A stretch of DNA of 64,000 nt, taken from contig NC_085841.1 in assembly GCF_035594765.1 (NCBI RefSeq), positions 57,395,636-57,459,635 on the forward strand. Reading direction: 5' to 3'. Within the stretch, counting starts at the first letter, position 1; every line of letters begins with the position of its first letter. Both the position numbers and the translations under genes were made by a program. Shown here piece by piece: positions 1-12,106 of the stretch. Below the pieces are notes generated by a model that was not told where the DNA came from, ran no database searches, and was given only the letters and a program-made list of their open reading frames with translations. This DNA comes from Anolis carolinensis (taxonomy: Eukaryota).

Positions 1-839
1 TGTTATAACACCATTTGAATCCCTGATCAGTCATGGGGACCCAAAAGGTGACCTTAGGCCAGTCGCATGCTGTCATCTTCAGAAAAAGAAATAGTAAACT
101 GTTGCTGAATAACCTTGCCAAGAAAAACCCATGAGCATTGTTAACAAAATTCTGGTTTTAAAATGGTGATCTATTAATTGGATTTCAATATCATTGTTCT
201 ATTTTTAGCACATTTTGTTTTATTGTTTGTAGCCTGCCTTGGGTCCCATATTGGGAGTAACACAGCATATAAATGCAATAAATAAACAGATAAATATGCC
301 TCTCTCTCACTGAAATGATAATAGCAATTCTCATTTCCTGGTGAAATTGTTTCTTGCAAAGTAAAACAAAACAGACTCCCAAAAAGCCACCTCAAGCAAA
401 ACGACTTCCATTCTCCAGACAACCGATGACACTGAATGAATATCCCAGGGATGGAGAGGGAGGGGGAGGAGAGGAGGGGAAATGGAGCTGCATAGTCTGA
501 GTGACAAAGAAAATACAAATGGATTTGATTTTTTTTTCTTTTGGGGAACTCTCTCCGTGATCAGGTGTAATTAGACATGGGATACTTTCTAATATTTTTT
601 TCATTTAAAAGGGGATGTTTGAAAGGGGTGTCTCCTGATATTTGACATTATTTCTCTTAAAGGAGACTCAAAGTGACTAACAGTTCTGAAAATAATACAA
701 TGTACAATTTAAAACTGAAAACATAAACATCAAAATAAAATTAATCATAGGAGTATTAAAATAAATAGTTAAAACCATTAAAACCCTATTAAAGTATATA
801 AACACTACTCAACAATTGGAAATTTCTTCATTCAATTGG

Positions 840-1240
840 ATGAAGTTAGGCAAAATTCAGAAATCTGTGGGTGGACAATATGAAAAATATGACTAGAAGG
901 CAATTCTCATGTGGATGAATTTTTAAATTCTAGAGCAGAATCCCTTTTATCAGAGTTAATAACATTAATTTATAGTTCCAGGGCCCTTTTCAGTTATTCT
1001 GTTAATTGGTCTAAATCCAAGGCAATGATTCTTGGAGTTCATACTCACTCCATCTAGTTTTGCCAGTGGGAATGGTGCTTCTGTTCAGAATCTATTAGAT
1101 AGTTCAGTATATTAGTTCCTCAGGATACTTTTTAAATTAAACCAAATTTATCTACATAGCTTGCTGAAATGTCTCCTGATTTAGATAGGTGGACATTGCT
1201 AAAATTAAACATAAATAGTTAGGTCAAGTGTCTTCCAATG
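840..1240 (+). mobile_element. Degenerate L1-like RT fragment
   Basis: Remnant ...FSYSVNWSKS-like motif typical of the L1 RT thumb region; many stops. Confidence 0.4.
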
Positions 1241-1413
1241 AATTTTCCACTCCTCTTCAGCATTATTATGTCCAGGCATTGGAAATACACAGCAGTAAGT
1301 ATGGAGAAGGTATGGTCCTCCAGATGTTGTTGGATACAATTCCCATAATCTCTCATCATCAAATACACCAGCTAGTGCTGATGGAGAGCCAGAGGTTCTG
1401 CACCATTATATAG

Positions 1414-1492
1414 TGTTGTTGTTTAGTCATTCAGTTGCTTCTGACTTTCATGACCTCATGGACCAGCCACGCCAGAGCTCCCTGCTGGCCAT
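1414..1492 (-). mobile_element. RTE/Bov-B-type 3' end
   Basis: gttgttgtttagtcattcagttgcttctgactttcatgacctcatggac resembles the reverse complement of a Bov-B 3' terminus with (CAA)n. Confidence 0.55.
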
Positions 1493-1962
1493 GCTGTATA
1501 GTAGTATAGTACTGTATAGTAGTCTCTTAGTATGGCTCAGTAAATAAAGTGTGTGCAAACACCATGCATAGACAACTCCACTCTTACGTTTACTGATGTG
1601 AACACAATTCATTCACCATACAAGTTTAAATTTGTCCTGGATATTGCTTCCACTCTCTCCACTCCTACGAAGGTCAGAAGCTATCTGTCTGTCTCCTTAA
1701 TTAGATTATAGGTCCATAAAATGCCAAGAGATATTTTCCCCTCATTAGAAGGCAAGTATGTGAACTATATGCAAATTTCCATAAAAGTAATAGACATTTT
1801 TAGCTGCCCTTAATTCCAATATCAATTACTCCTGACAGTCACTAGCAGAAGGTAAGTATTAATAACAACAGTTTCAGCATTTTAATGAGTCCTCCCTCCT
1901 GTTTTTTGTTTTTGTTTTTTAAAAATCAGGAATGGTCACTAGCTGTTATATCAGTCACTTAC

Positions 1963-2893
1963 TGTCAGGACCCAGGCTGCTGAGCACCAATAACCATACA
2001 CAGAGGCCAGAATCTATCTAATATCTTTATTGTGGAAATATATAAAGTTAATAAAAACAAGTGTAGAAAATAGTCCAGAAGTAGACCTTTCAGGAAAGGT
2101 CAAAATTAGTCCAAAGAAACAATGTCCAATATGAAATATTAAGGCCCAAAGTTGTAATCCAGTAACCGAAACACTCACTTTGCCAAGCAAAGTGAGGGGA
2201 GATGACAAGGTCCTTTAGTCCATGAAACTTAAGCAAGGCTAGGAAGTAAACTTGATTCTTGGAACACTAGGCTTAATTCAAGGCAACAAGAAACGAGGAG
2301 CAAGAACAGGATCCGTGGTAAATTCGTGGCGAGGTCCGGAAAGCAAGGCAAGGTCCGTGGAGCAAGGCAAGGTCCTGGGAAGCAAGGCAAGGCTGGAAAC
2401 GGGAGCAAAGGACTTGGACGCGGGAGTAGCGTAGTCCACACACAACCTACTCCCGAAGCTGACGAATTGACTCCGCAAGATTCCTACGTGGGCAAAACAC
2501 CTAAATAGGGTCTCGTTTTCCCGCCAAAGAACATTTCTCTGGGGAACCAGAACCGAAAGCCATTCTCTGTGTCCAGATGCATGACTCCCTAAAGTTTCCC
2601 ATGGGAAGCAGGCTTAATCAGCTGAATGCCTGGCAGCAATCCTAGCGCTCCTGCGAGACGCCTCCTGAGCGCTTTTCTGTTGTTTATAATAATCACGGCG
2701 AGAAAATGGGGGAGATTTCGGCTCAAGGCTTGTTTGGCAGACTTCTGGAAGGCAAATCTCCTGCAGGTGCAAGGGCTCCAATTCTGGCTGAAAAAGCTCC
2801 AATTCTGGCTGAAACGGTGGGAAACCTAAGTTTTCCTCTTCATCTGTCACAACAGTGCTAGGAACGGGACTACATGGCCCATGAGTCATCACA
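1963..2893 (-). mobile_element. Solo LTR of an LTR retroelement (copy 1)
   Basis: TG...CA termini, 5-bp TSD CTTAC/TTTAC, minus-strand AATAAA at 2031-2026. End-to-end homology with 26355-27216. Confidence 0.88.
2614..2889 (-). other. U3-located ORF in solo LTR copy 1 (91 aa from ATG, ends RRSARIAARHSAD)
   Basis: Open frame colinear with the ORF in LTR copy 2; silent-only changes in two motifs. Confidence 0.6.
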
Positions 2894-3708
2894 TTTACAG
2901 ATCAGTTGGGAGAGCTTATTTGGCAGAGATAGATATTCACAGCACTCATCGCCATTGCTGCTGCTCATCTCCATTGCTATCAATTATCTTTTCCAGAGTG
3001 TTACACACCACAAAAGCTCAGGTTTGCAGCAAGCTCAGCCTTGCCTGAAGCCTTGTTTCCCAGCTGCGTGATTTGTATTTCAGTAATACTGCCATTTAAG
3101 GAGTGGATAAGCTTTTAAAGTGAACGAAATCAGGAAACATCAGCCTCTGCCAAGCGTTTCATGGCATGCACATTGAAACTTGTAGTGACCACTTTACTCC
3201 TTGGACACACTTCAATAAAATTAGAGCGATTTAACTTTCACTGGCCTCCATAGGAGCCAAAACTACAAAAAAACAGCACAATCCCAAATATGTCTATGCA
3301 AATGCAAGTCCATCTGAATTTGTTGATGGACGACTTATCCTCAGCACCCATCCCACCCTCAGGCACTGTGAATATAGGCTTGGACCTCATGTAATATTAA
3401 ATGCTAATATCTTATTTTCATTTGGTCATCTTTTGTGATCTATGGTTTGCTCCATTGTTAGGTGTGAGTGGGCATTGTTAGGTCATTGTGGTGATTCTGG
3501 GGATTGTGGTGAAGCAAAATTTCAATGAGATTCATGAAAGGTTTTTTTTTTTTGCAGGCAAAGAAAAAAATACAATGTGCTGGCTGTATATCTACAAATA
3601 ATAATAATTCACATATTTTATATAATTCACATCGCTGGAGGGGGGATCTGATTTCTTGATAACAAAATCAGTAATAGCCTAAAGTTTTGTGTTCTCAAGA
3701 TGAAGGTA

Positions 3709-3845
3709 CAGTAGAGTCTCACTTATCCAACATTTGTTTATCCAACGTTCTGTATTATCCAAAGCAGTTTGGTGCTAAATTCATAAATACAGCAATTACT
3801 ACATAGTAATTACTGTGTATTGAACTGCTTTTTCTGTTGATTTGT
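3709..3845. mobile_element. Truncated copy of the same Tc1/mariner MITE
   Basis: TA + CAGTAGAGTCTCACTTATCCAAC left end only. Confidence 0.8.
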
Positions 3846-4300
3846 CAAAAGACATCCAAACTACCTTGCTGGAAGTGAGCTTGACAAAACCAGCATGTCC
3901 AGTATCTATTTTCCACCATGAAAACTACAATCTAATATCTCCTTTGGAGTCATGAGAGACAATTCTGAAGCAATTTTTCCATCCTTGGTGTGTTTTAGGT
4001 GCCTGTCTCCCCAACCAGAAATCAGTAGAAAAAGAAAACCCATGCTCTTTAAAGGGGCGGTAGGGCAGGGATTGATACTAAAAATACAACTCCACAAACA
4101 AAATAGAGATGGAGTCCATCTCCAAGGTCCAGTAACAGAATGGGTCTTGGAAAGTTGCCCACCTTTGGTATAAAACTTGAAATCTTTATTAACTATACTT
4201 TTATAAAGAAAGTACTTTTTCCTACTTATTACAGCATGTGGAAAGTAGTATATTGTGATTAATCATTATGACATTGAAAAGGTAACTCATTGTCTTAAGG

Positions 4301-4620
4301 CAGTAGTTATCAACCTTACAAATGCCATGACCCCTTAATACAATTCCTCATGTTGTGGTGATGGTGATGGAACTAGTAAACTTGCCACACAAACCCAACA
4401 TGCCAAACTTTGAATACTGGTGGGGTTTTGCCGGGGGGGGGGGGGGGATCGACCTCAGAGGATTTGCCATCTGTTTTCAAAAAGGAAGAGAAGGACAGGC
4501 GGAGAGATCTTCCTAAGACCATCAGAAATATGTGTTTTCTGTTGTCCTTTGGCAACCCCTCTGACATTCTCCTCATGACCCCCCCCCCAGGGGTCCCAAC
4601 CCCCAGGTTGAGAAACACTA
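4301..4620. mobile_element. Non-autonomous hAT element with SPIN/URR1-type ends
   Basis: CAGTAGTTATCAACCTT...AATACAATTCCTCATGTTGTGGTGA left end, CAGGTTGAGAAACACTA right end, degenerate 8-bp TSD TCTTAAGG/CCTTAGGG. Confidence 0.7.
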
Positions 4621-5469
4621 CCTTAGGGGGTTGTACCACTTTTCCATTACTTTTGTAACTCTGGGATGGGCAGAGCCTGCAAAGGTGAGGGGACCAGTAA
4701 AAGAAATTAGCAACCCTTCAGATTACTCATATGGAGCGCCAGCAGTTGTTATAGTTGATACAACATGTGGTTTATCAAAGCACTTTGTTTTTCTTAGTGG
4801 CTAACAGACTTTTGTGTATTTTGATGCTGTTTCTTCTGGGGCTCAAAACACGGAAAAGCCAACTTCTTGTGCCTGTCCTTCTGTTTTTACAAAGTGGAAG
4901 CCTTGAGTCTAAAGCAGGCAATTATTGCTGGTAAGCCTTTGTTATGTAAATGTCCTTGTTTCTTACATTAGCTGTAAAATGAGTGGTGAAGGTTATTTTA
5001 TAGCTGCTAATGCCTTACATGACTGCCACAGTTATAAACAAATGAAATATCATTGAGAAAGGCTAGCATGGCATTGTTTTGTTACTGTGGGCTGCATGAT
5101 ATGGATAAAAGAGTGATGCTGGAAAGGAGAGAAGCCTTGACTCAGACAATGCAGGGACAGGCAGATCAAGTAAACTGGGATCCTGCAAATGGGTTTATCA
5201 CACTCTTCTGAAAGCACATTCCTCTTCAGAAGATATCCAGAAGCACATTATGATTGGAGCTGAGCATTAGCAACCTAGAACAACCTTCAACTTGTTATTG
5301 AAGATGTTCTAAACTTATTTATTCAAGCTTCTTAAAATAATCTTTCAAAAGCAAGAAATGTCTAGTGTTTATTTCCTTTATAGCACTCTAAATTACTTAT
5401 CCTGCTATAGATTGTGCTTCTTTACTCTAAATTGGAAAGAATTCTCAAATAAATTCAATATTCAGAGAA

Positions 5470-6015
5470 ATTTTATACACTTGGAAGAGACTTCACGAGT
5501 CATCCAGTCTAACCCCTGCCATGCAGGAAGACACAATCAAAATCCTCTTAACAGATAGTCATTCAGCCTCCGTTTAAAACCCTCCAGAGAAGGAGATTCC
5601 ACCACAGTCCAAGACAATATTTTCCCTGCCAAACAGCTTTTACCATCAGGAAGATCTTTCTTAATATTTAGGTGGAATATTTTCCCCTGTAGTTTGAATA
5701 TGGAGCAGCAGAAAACAAGCTCCATCTCCAACATGATATTCTTTCAAATATTTATACATGGCTATCATGCTACCTTTTAACTTTCTCTTCTCCAGGCTAA
5801 ACACATATCCAGCTGCCATAGCTGCTCCTCATAGGGCATGGTTTACAGACTTTCTATCATTTTCGTCTCTGTGTTCCAGATTGTCAATATCCTTCTTGAA
5901 TTGTGGTGCCCAGAACTGGACATGGTATTCCAGATGAAGTCTGACCAAGGCAGAATAGAGTAGGACTATGAGCTATCTGAATCTAGGCACTATGCTACAT
6001 TGATGCAGCCCAGAG
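5470..6015 (-). mobile_element. CR1 3' fragment
   Basis: Reverse complement of a CR1 3' end (ESPSLEGFKRRL; tggtgcccagaactggacatggtattccag). Confidence 0.75.
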
Positions 6016-6029
6016 CCCACTGTCAAAGA

Positions 6030-6245
6030 GCTTTAAACATTAGGAAGAACTTTCTGATGGTGAAATGGTTGACAATGGGATATTCTGCCTCTGCTATGCT
6101 GCATCCTCTGATGGTTGAGTCATCTTTTTTGGAGATTTTAAAGCAGAGGCTAGCTGGCCAGGGGTGCTTTGATTCTGTGTTCTTCCATGTCGGGGGTTGG
6201 ACTGGATAGCCTTTATGACCTATCCCAGCACTATGATTCCATGAT
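6030..6245 (+). mobile_element. CR1 3' fragment (back-to-back with the preceding one)
   Basis: NIRKNFL..ESSFLEILKQRL motif and ctatgattccatgat tail. Confidence 0.7.
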
Positions 6246-6982
6246 CAGGTCCTCAAATGAAAACGATTATAACCAGTAACATTTCAGTTAGTCTTAAGTG
6301 CACTTAGTTCTGAGTTCCATGGCAGCCATCATCTGAAGTCAAAAAACCGCACAAGATGACTTAATAATAAAGGCAAGAAAGCTTCAGAACCTATTAAAAA
6401 CCTTAATGGTAATACACAAACATCCTATTTTGTATTATTTCCAAACAGGAAAGAAAAGCCAGAGAATACCACTTTGCTGCACCAAATGTCTTGCATAATG
6501 CTTTGAAGCAAGTAAATGGAATTACATATCGAACACTTCCCTTTCAACCTCCAGAATCTTCAGATTTGAATGTTCTCAAATCAATGTGAACCAAATTAAT
6601 CAGGAATTCAAAACCTTGTGAGCCTAGTATTAATGTAAATTAGCTTGATGGATTTTCCAGTCCACAGTGCTCACTATCCTTCTAATGGTGCTCTCTATCC
6701 CTCTAACAATGTACCCCTCTAATAATTTCAGTTTTTCTCAGCACTTTTCTTATCTTTAAAAACATCTCAGAACTTGTTGAGTAGATGCACAGGATGCAGC
6801 AAAGACTCTAAGGAATTTATTGCACCAGTCTGTCATTTTGTCACATTTATTTATTTATTTTATCCCACTTTTCTCAAAGCCACATGTTAAATCATGTTGT
6901 TTAAACAAATGGAAACATACTATTATTAGAATGATTTATTTTGCACCTCAGGACAATTGTGTAATATTGGCACATTGTTGAT

Positions 6983-7263
6983 TTTTTTTTCATATCAGGA
7001 GTGACTTGAGAAACTGCAAGTCATATTTGGTGTGAGAGAACTGGCCATCTGCAGGGATGTTGCCCAGGGGACATCCAGATGTGTTGATGTTTTTACCATC
7101 CTTGCGGGAGGCTTCTCTCATGTCCCCGCATGCAGCTGAAGCTGATAAGAGGGAGCTCTCCCCAGGTTGGATTTGAACTGGCAACCTTCAGGTCAGCAAC
7201 CCAACCTTCAAGTCAGCAGTCCTGCCAGCACAAGAGTTTCCCCCACTGCACCACCAAGGGCTC
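6983..7263 (-). mobile_element. Second tRNA-head SINE family (Anolis SINE2-like)
   Basis: Head similar to the Sauria SINE, different body; homologous to the copies at 47580, 50016 and 56718; A-rich tail. Confidence 0.8.
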
Positions 7264-9021
7264 GTGGATGTAAATCCCCATGATCAATATTCCACATAGC
7301 CTCACCTTGTACCTATGTTTAGGTTTAGGTGCACTGTGTTTTTTTCCCCTTCATTTTTTCCTATTTTGTCATAACTCCACAGTTGTACAATTCTTGCCAA
7401 ACCTTCCTCCGTTTTTCAATACGGGGGCTGCAGCAAAAGGAGACTATTGCACTGGGAAGAACAATAACAATATGGGATTAATGATAGGCTTTTCTCACCA
7501 AATTTAAAAGACAATCCAATGATGAATCAAGCACAATGTGATTATAGGACAGCTACGATGTCATGTTGTCAGCCTCATTGACAGACACTTTTATCTTGCC
7601 ACAATTGTGCTTTATAAAGGCCTCAAAAAGATTCAAGCAAACGAACACCTGTTTGTCCTGACTGTCACAATCCCCAATTATGCTACATTATACTGCTCAA
7701 AACAGTTCCTGTAAGAGGAGGGATTGTTCCTAGTTGAAGGTGAAAGTGGAGAATTGGGGACGACTATAACAGTTATAAACAGAGAAAAATGATGATTTTA
7801 GATCTCCTGCACCTTACGTTTGAAGAGGATGTTATCCTACCATTTACTGAATTACATGCATGAAATGTCTATTCCTTTGTCCCTTTAAAGGTACATATTA
7901 TGGGCTATAACTTGACGTAGCTACACTAAAAATTTTAAAAGATACATTAAAGATATACTAAAATACATTTTGAAAAGGACAGATGTTCAAAAGGGAGACA
8001 AGGTTGCTTATGTACATGCGAGTGAGCAGCTAGCTATATAGGTCACTGGGTCACTGTCTTCACAGTTATGGTGAGACATACTGTATTTCTGTTTAACTTA
8101 TATCAGTTAAATTGTATACTAGGAATTCTTTCTAAACTTGCATTTCTCTGTGTAGAAATGGAAGGCAATGAGAAGGAATGGAAATTATAATTGACACATC
8201 CAAATAGAATGCCACATTCTGCTGTCTTACTTTGGTGACACCTTTCCTCCTCAAGTGATCAAAGTGTTTGACTTTAGGACAGAGCTGTGTTCACTTCTCC
8301 ATCTCCCCCTGGACTCTGTGGGGGAGGAAAAAGCCTCCATTCTATCCAAGAAAGTTCTCATGCCAATTTTACCACAGAGCTAAGTGGTATTTTTATAATA
8401 GTTTCCTCACGCAGATGCAACATTAATAAAACAACTACAAAATGGGCAAGCAGAATAACAGGACGGTTCTTGTAATCACCCATAGCCCATGCCTAACATT
8501 TAAATTGCCTTACTGGCTAGAGAAGTCCTGATGCTACAGCAAAATGCATCTCTTTTTGCAGGTTCTGGGGAAAAATGTATTAAGATAGTAATACTAGGAT
8601 TGTACTCCTGCCAAATACTCTTCTGGAATTTTACAACTGCCCTCAAAAATGGGAAGCATGCAGATTTTTATTTTGGAAAATGTGGCAGCAGCAAGAGAAA
8701 ACAAAGATGGATGAGTAGGAATGAGGCTGAGACACTGGAGTAGCTAGGAGCAAGTCTAGGAGCCCATCTTCTCTGACCACTTAAGTTGGTGTGAAACTGG
8801 GAGAGAAGCAATTTCACTGTGCGGATGATTACATGTAAAGTTCTAGAACTGGTTGGAGTGCTTATATATACCACAGAGGCTGGCTTCCAACCAGTTCTAG
8901 AATCTGCAGTTTCAGGGCCATGAAGAAACTGAGGATTTGTTCCACCTCACTCTGCTACAATGTACAGATTGCCAGTGCCTTAGTCTCTTTATATCCTATG
9001 ACTTTGCTTAGCCCTCTAAAC

Positions 9022-9152
9022 CAGTGGTTCTCAATCTATGGGTTATCAGCTGTTTTGGCCTACAATTCCCAGAAATCCCAATTTATCAGCTGTTAGGATT
9101 TCTGGGAGTTGAAGGCCAAAACATCTGGGGACCCACAGGTTGAGAACCACTG
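9022..9152. mobile_element. Palindromic hAT MITE (about 130 bp)
   Basis: TIR CAGTGGTTCTCAA; TSD CTCTAAAC/CTTTAAAC. Confidence 0.88.
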
Positions 9153-10417
9153 CTTTAAACACTGTGCTGTCAAGGTGCCTTCAAACTGTATTTAATGGTT
9201 AATGCAACATCCCCTGAAATATTTGTTTCTGGCTCTGGACACCCACAATTATCACTAAAAGATAACATTTCAAATAGCAGCCTCATCGAAGGCCCTAAGG
9301 AGAAAATTCAATCACATACATCAAGCCACTTGGAGTACCCTTTGGAAAGATAAAATGGGGTATAAATAAATATAATAATAGTATATCAAACACTTTCTCC
9401 CTGTTTCTTCCTTCTGACCATGCTCCTCAAATGTTGTTGCTCACTGAAAATGTCTACCTTGCATGTCTATAGCATTGACTCCCATTTATGTGTTACCACG
9501 CTCTGTCAGTGAGTAATGTGTTTATATAATGTAGGTGAAAGCATTCCTTTCCTGGGTCAATTTCCTAGGGAAAGGTGAGGGCTTTTCCCCTTTTTTAAAG
9601 CCAGGTGCAATGTGTTTTGACTTTGGTTAAATTGCTGCTCATTCATTTTATTAAACCCACCGAAGCTATTACTGCTTAGGTAAAAGTTATTTCCCACTTA
9701 CAAATGCCAGATGGTAGGTCAGTGTGTGCCTTTTCCATTAAAATGGGAAAATGTTGAACAGAAAGAACAATTTCCCTTGCTGAGATTCTTGACAGCATGT
9801 TAAAGGTACTTTGACTTGCTGTTGGCTGTTTACTGCCACTCTTTTGTCCCATCAGCACATCATATTTTCTGTTATTATACTTTTATCTAATCAGCAGACC
9901 CTCTACTTGGTGAATTAAGGAATAAGGAAGTTGCTGATGTAGAAGCAGGTTCCAGAAATGCCCATTGCGGTACCATATGTGTGCCAAGCCAAGAGAGCCA
10001 GGCTTCAGCCAAGGACGGTGACTAATGCATCCTCTAATAGCTTTTGTTTCATGCTTTATAAATGGGGCAGAAAGGAAGCAATACTATGCAACGAGGAATT
10101 GGATTTGAATTCTGTGTAAACAGGAGAAGAATGTAAAATGATTACTATCCACATGTACTTCTCACCTTGTCTATTTTGCTTCTTCGCTCTTTGCCACTAG
10201 TATTCTCCTCCTTCTTTTATAAGTTGGTAATCTCATCTAAATCTTCACAAATTTCAAACTCACAAGCAAAAAGGAATGATTTCACTATTTTTCTTCTGAA
10301 AAAAGGCATTGAAAACAACTTTGTTTTTGATCTGCAGTTGAGAACATGCCAAAACAAACATACACAAACATACTCATGTGGATCTTTTTGCACAGAAGCC
10401 AGCATGCCAATACAGGA

Positions 10418-11003
10418 AAACAGCTCTGCCGGATGGTTTTTTGCGGACCCAATATCAGCTGTAAAGAAAGAGTTCTTTGTAGCATCTATTGCCGCGGCAT
10501 ATGTCCTTAGATAGGAGCATAGCCGTGTTCAGTCTGATTCATTCCGCTCCGAATGCCACACGCCCTCTAGTTCCCTCTTCTTTCGCTTCATCACTGCCAA
10601 CTCCTCGGTGAACCAAGAAGCTGGTTTAGCTCGGGTACTCGAGAGGGCACATTCTGAAGCGATCATGTCTATTGCCCTAGTCACTTCCCCATTCCAGAGA
10701 GAGACCAGAGCATCTACAGAATCACCAACCAAGGTGGCGGAAAACTCCCTAAGAGCCATCATTAATCCATCCGGATCCATAAGCCTCCTGGGGTGGACCA
10801 TTTTAATAGTTCCTCCACCCCAGCAGTGGCTAGGCAGCGCAGCCAGTCTAAACCTGATCAGGTGATGGTTGGTCCATGGCAACAGAACGATGGTAAGCTC
10901 CTCCACACCAGCACCTTCCTTCCATCCCTGGCAGAAAACCAAGTCAAGTGTGTGCCCCACTCTGTGGGTGGGACCAGATACCAGTTGGGGCAGCCCCATG
11001 GTC
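10418..11003 (-). mobile_element. Internal L2 LINE fragment (endonuclease C-terminus/linker)
   Basis: ORF 10529..11053 is colinear with ORF 62340..62852 (GHTLDLVFCQGW...KPAxWFTEELA). Confidence 0.88.
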
Positions 11004-11550
11004 ACTTCATTCTGCGCTCCATTGTTTTTCATACTACTACTGCTGCGCTGCAATTCTCTGACAGACTATAGTGCAGCGGGGTGGTCAGTACACCAACAGA
11101 ATCCCTAATTATTAGTATTATAGGAGGAAAAAGCCCTGTGCCATGAGAGCAAAAACAAGTCCCCTCTGCCAAAAAAAAGTCTTGTCAAAAAAAAAAAACT
11201 CTGATAGAGTCACCACAAGTCAGATTTAACTTGAAGATACACAACAATATACCAAAATATACTGGAAAGATATGTCAGCCTTTTGAAAAACTGGAAACAT
11301 TTTATAGCCTTCTCAAAGATTGGAAAGATTGCATTATTTTGTGGGCTACAACTGGCTGGAGGATTCTGGAAGTTATGGTCTACAAAAGTCACAAAGTATT
11401 TATTAAGTAGAATACTCAGGAATATACACTGTCTCCATGCTCATATTTTTAAGATGCATTCTCTTCAATTTTGAGAGTCGATCAAGACGTATCATGTCCA
11501 ATATCCTGTTTCTTACAATGGCCAACTAGATGCCTATTGTGCATCTAGAA

Positions 11551-12106
11551 CAGGTATGGGCAAACTAAGGCCCAGGGTCCGGATGCAGCCCCCCTGGGTG
11601 CTTACTTCAGGCCCTCCTCATTTTTCCTGTCCTCTTGGCATAAGGGTGCAGTGGCTAGCACATCCTTATGCAGAAAGGCCAATGCATGTCTTCCCCTCCT
11701 CCCAGCATAAGGATGGTGCAAACAGCCCTGTCATTATGCCAGGAGGATAGCTTGAGGAAGGCATGCAGAGGTTGAAAGACCTCTGGAGTGCTCTTTGACA
11801 TCACCTGTCTTACCCTCCTCCTGGCATAATGCTGAGAGGACAGCCCGAAGATCAAGGGAGGAGTATTGGGGCACTTGCTGCACATCTCATTTCCCTCCTG
11901 GCATAAGGATGGGGTGAACAGCCCCATCCTTATGGCAGGAGGACAACCTGAGGATGACCCAGGTCCTGCCCCACCCTCTCCCAGGCCTTTCCCCTCCTAA
12001 GTCCACCCCAGATAGCATGTGCCCAGCAGCAGCCCCTCCCAGCCCAGCCATCCTGGCTGGGCGCACAATGTGGCCCCAAGGCAAAAAAAAAGTTTGTCCA
12101 TGCCTG
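11551..12106. mobile_element. Non-autonomous hAT element (GC-rich), nested in a Harbinger-like MITE
   Basis: TIR CAGGTATGGGCAAACT/AGTTTGTCCATGCCTG; perfect TSD ATCTAGAA. Confidence 0.88.

Noticed and set aside
7519-7661. Box C (ATGATGA) and box D (CTGA) suggesting a snoRNA
   Set aside because: Weak terminal stem, no recognisable guide sequence and no evident host intron.
7818-7882. Possible minus-strand exon with AG acceptor and GTAAGG donor
   Set aside because: Stops in all three frames and no recognisable homology.
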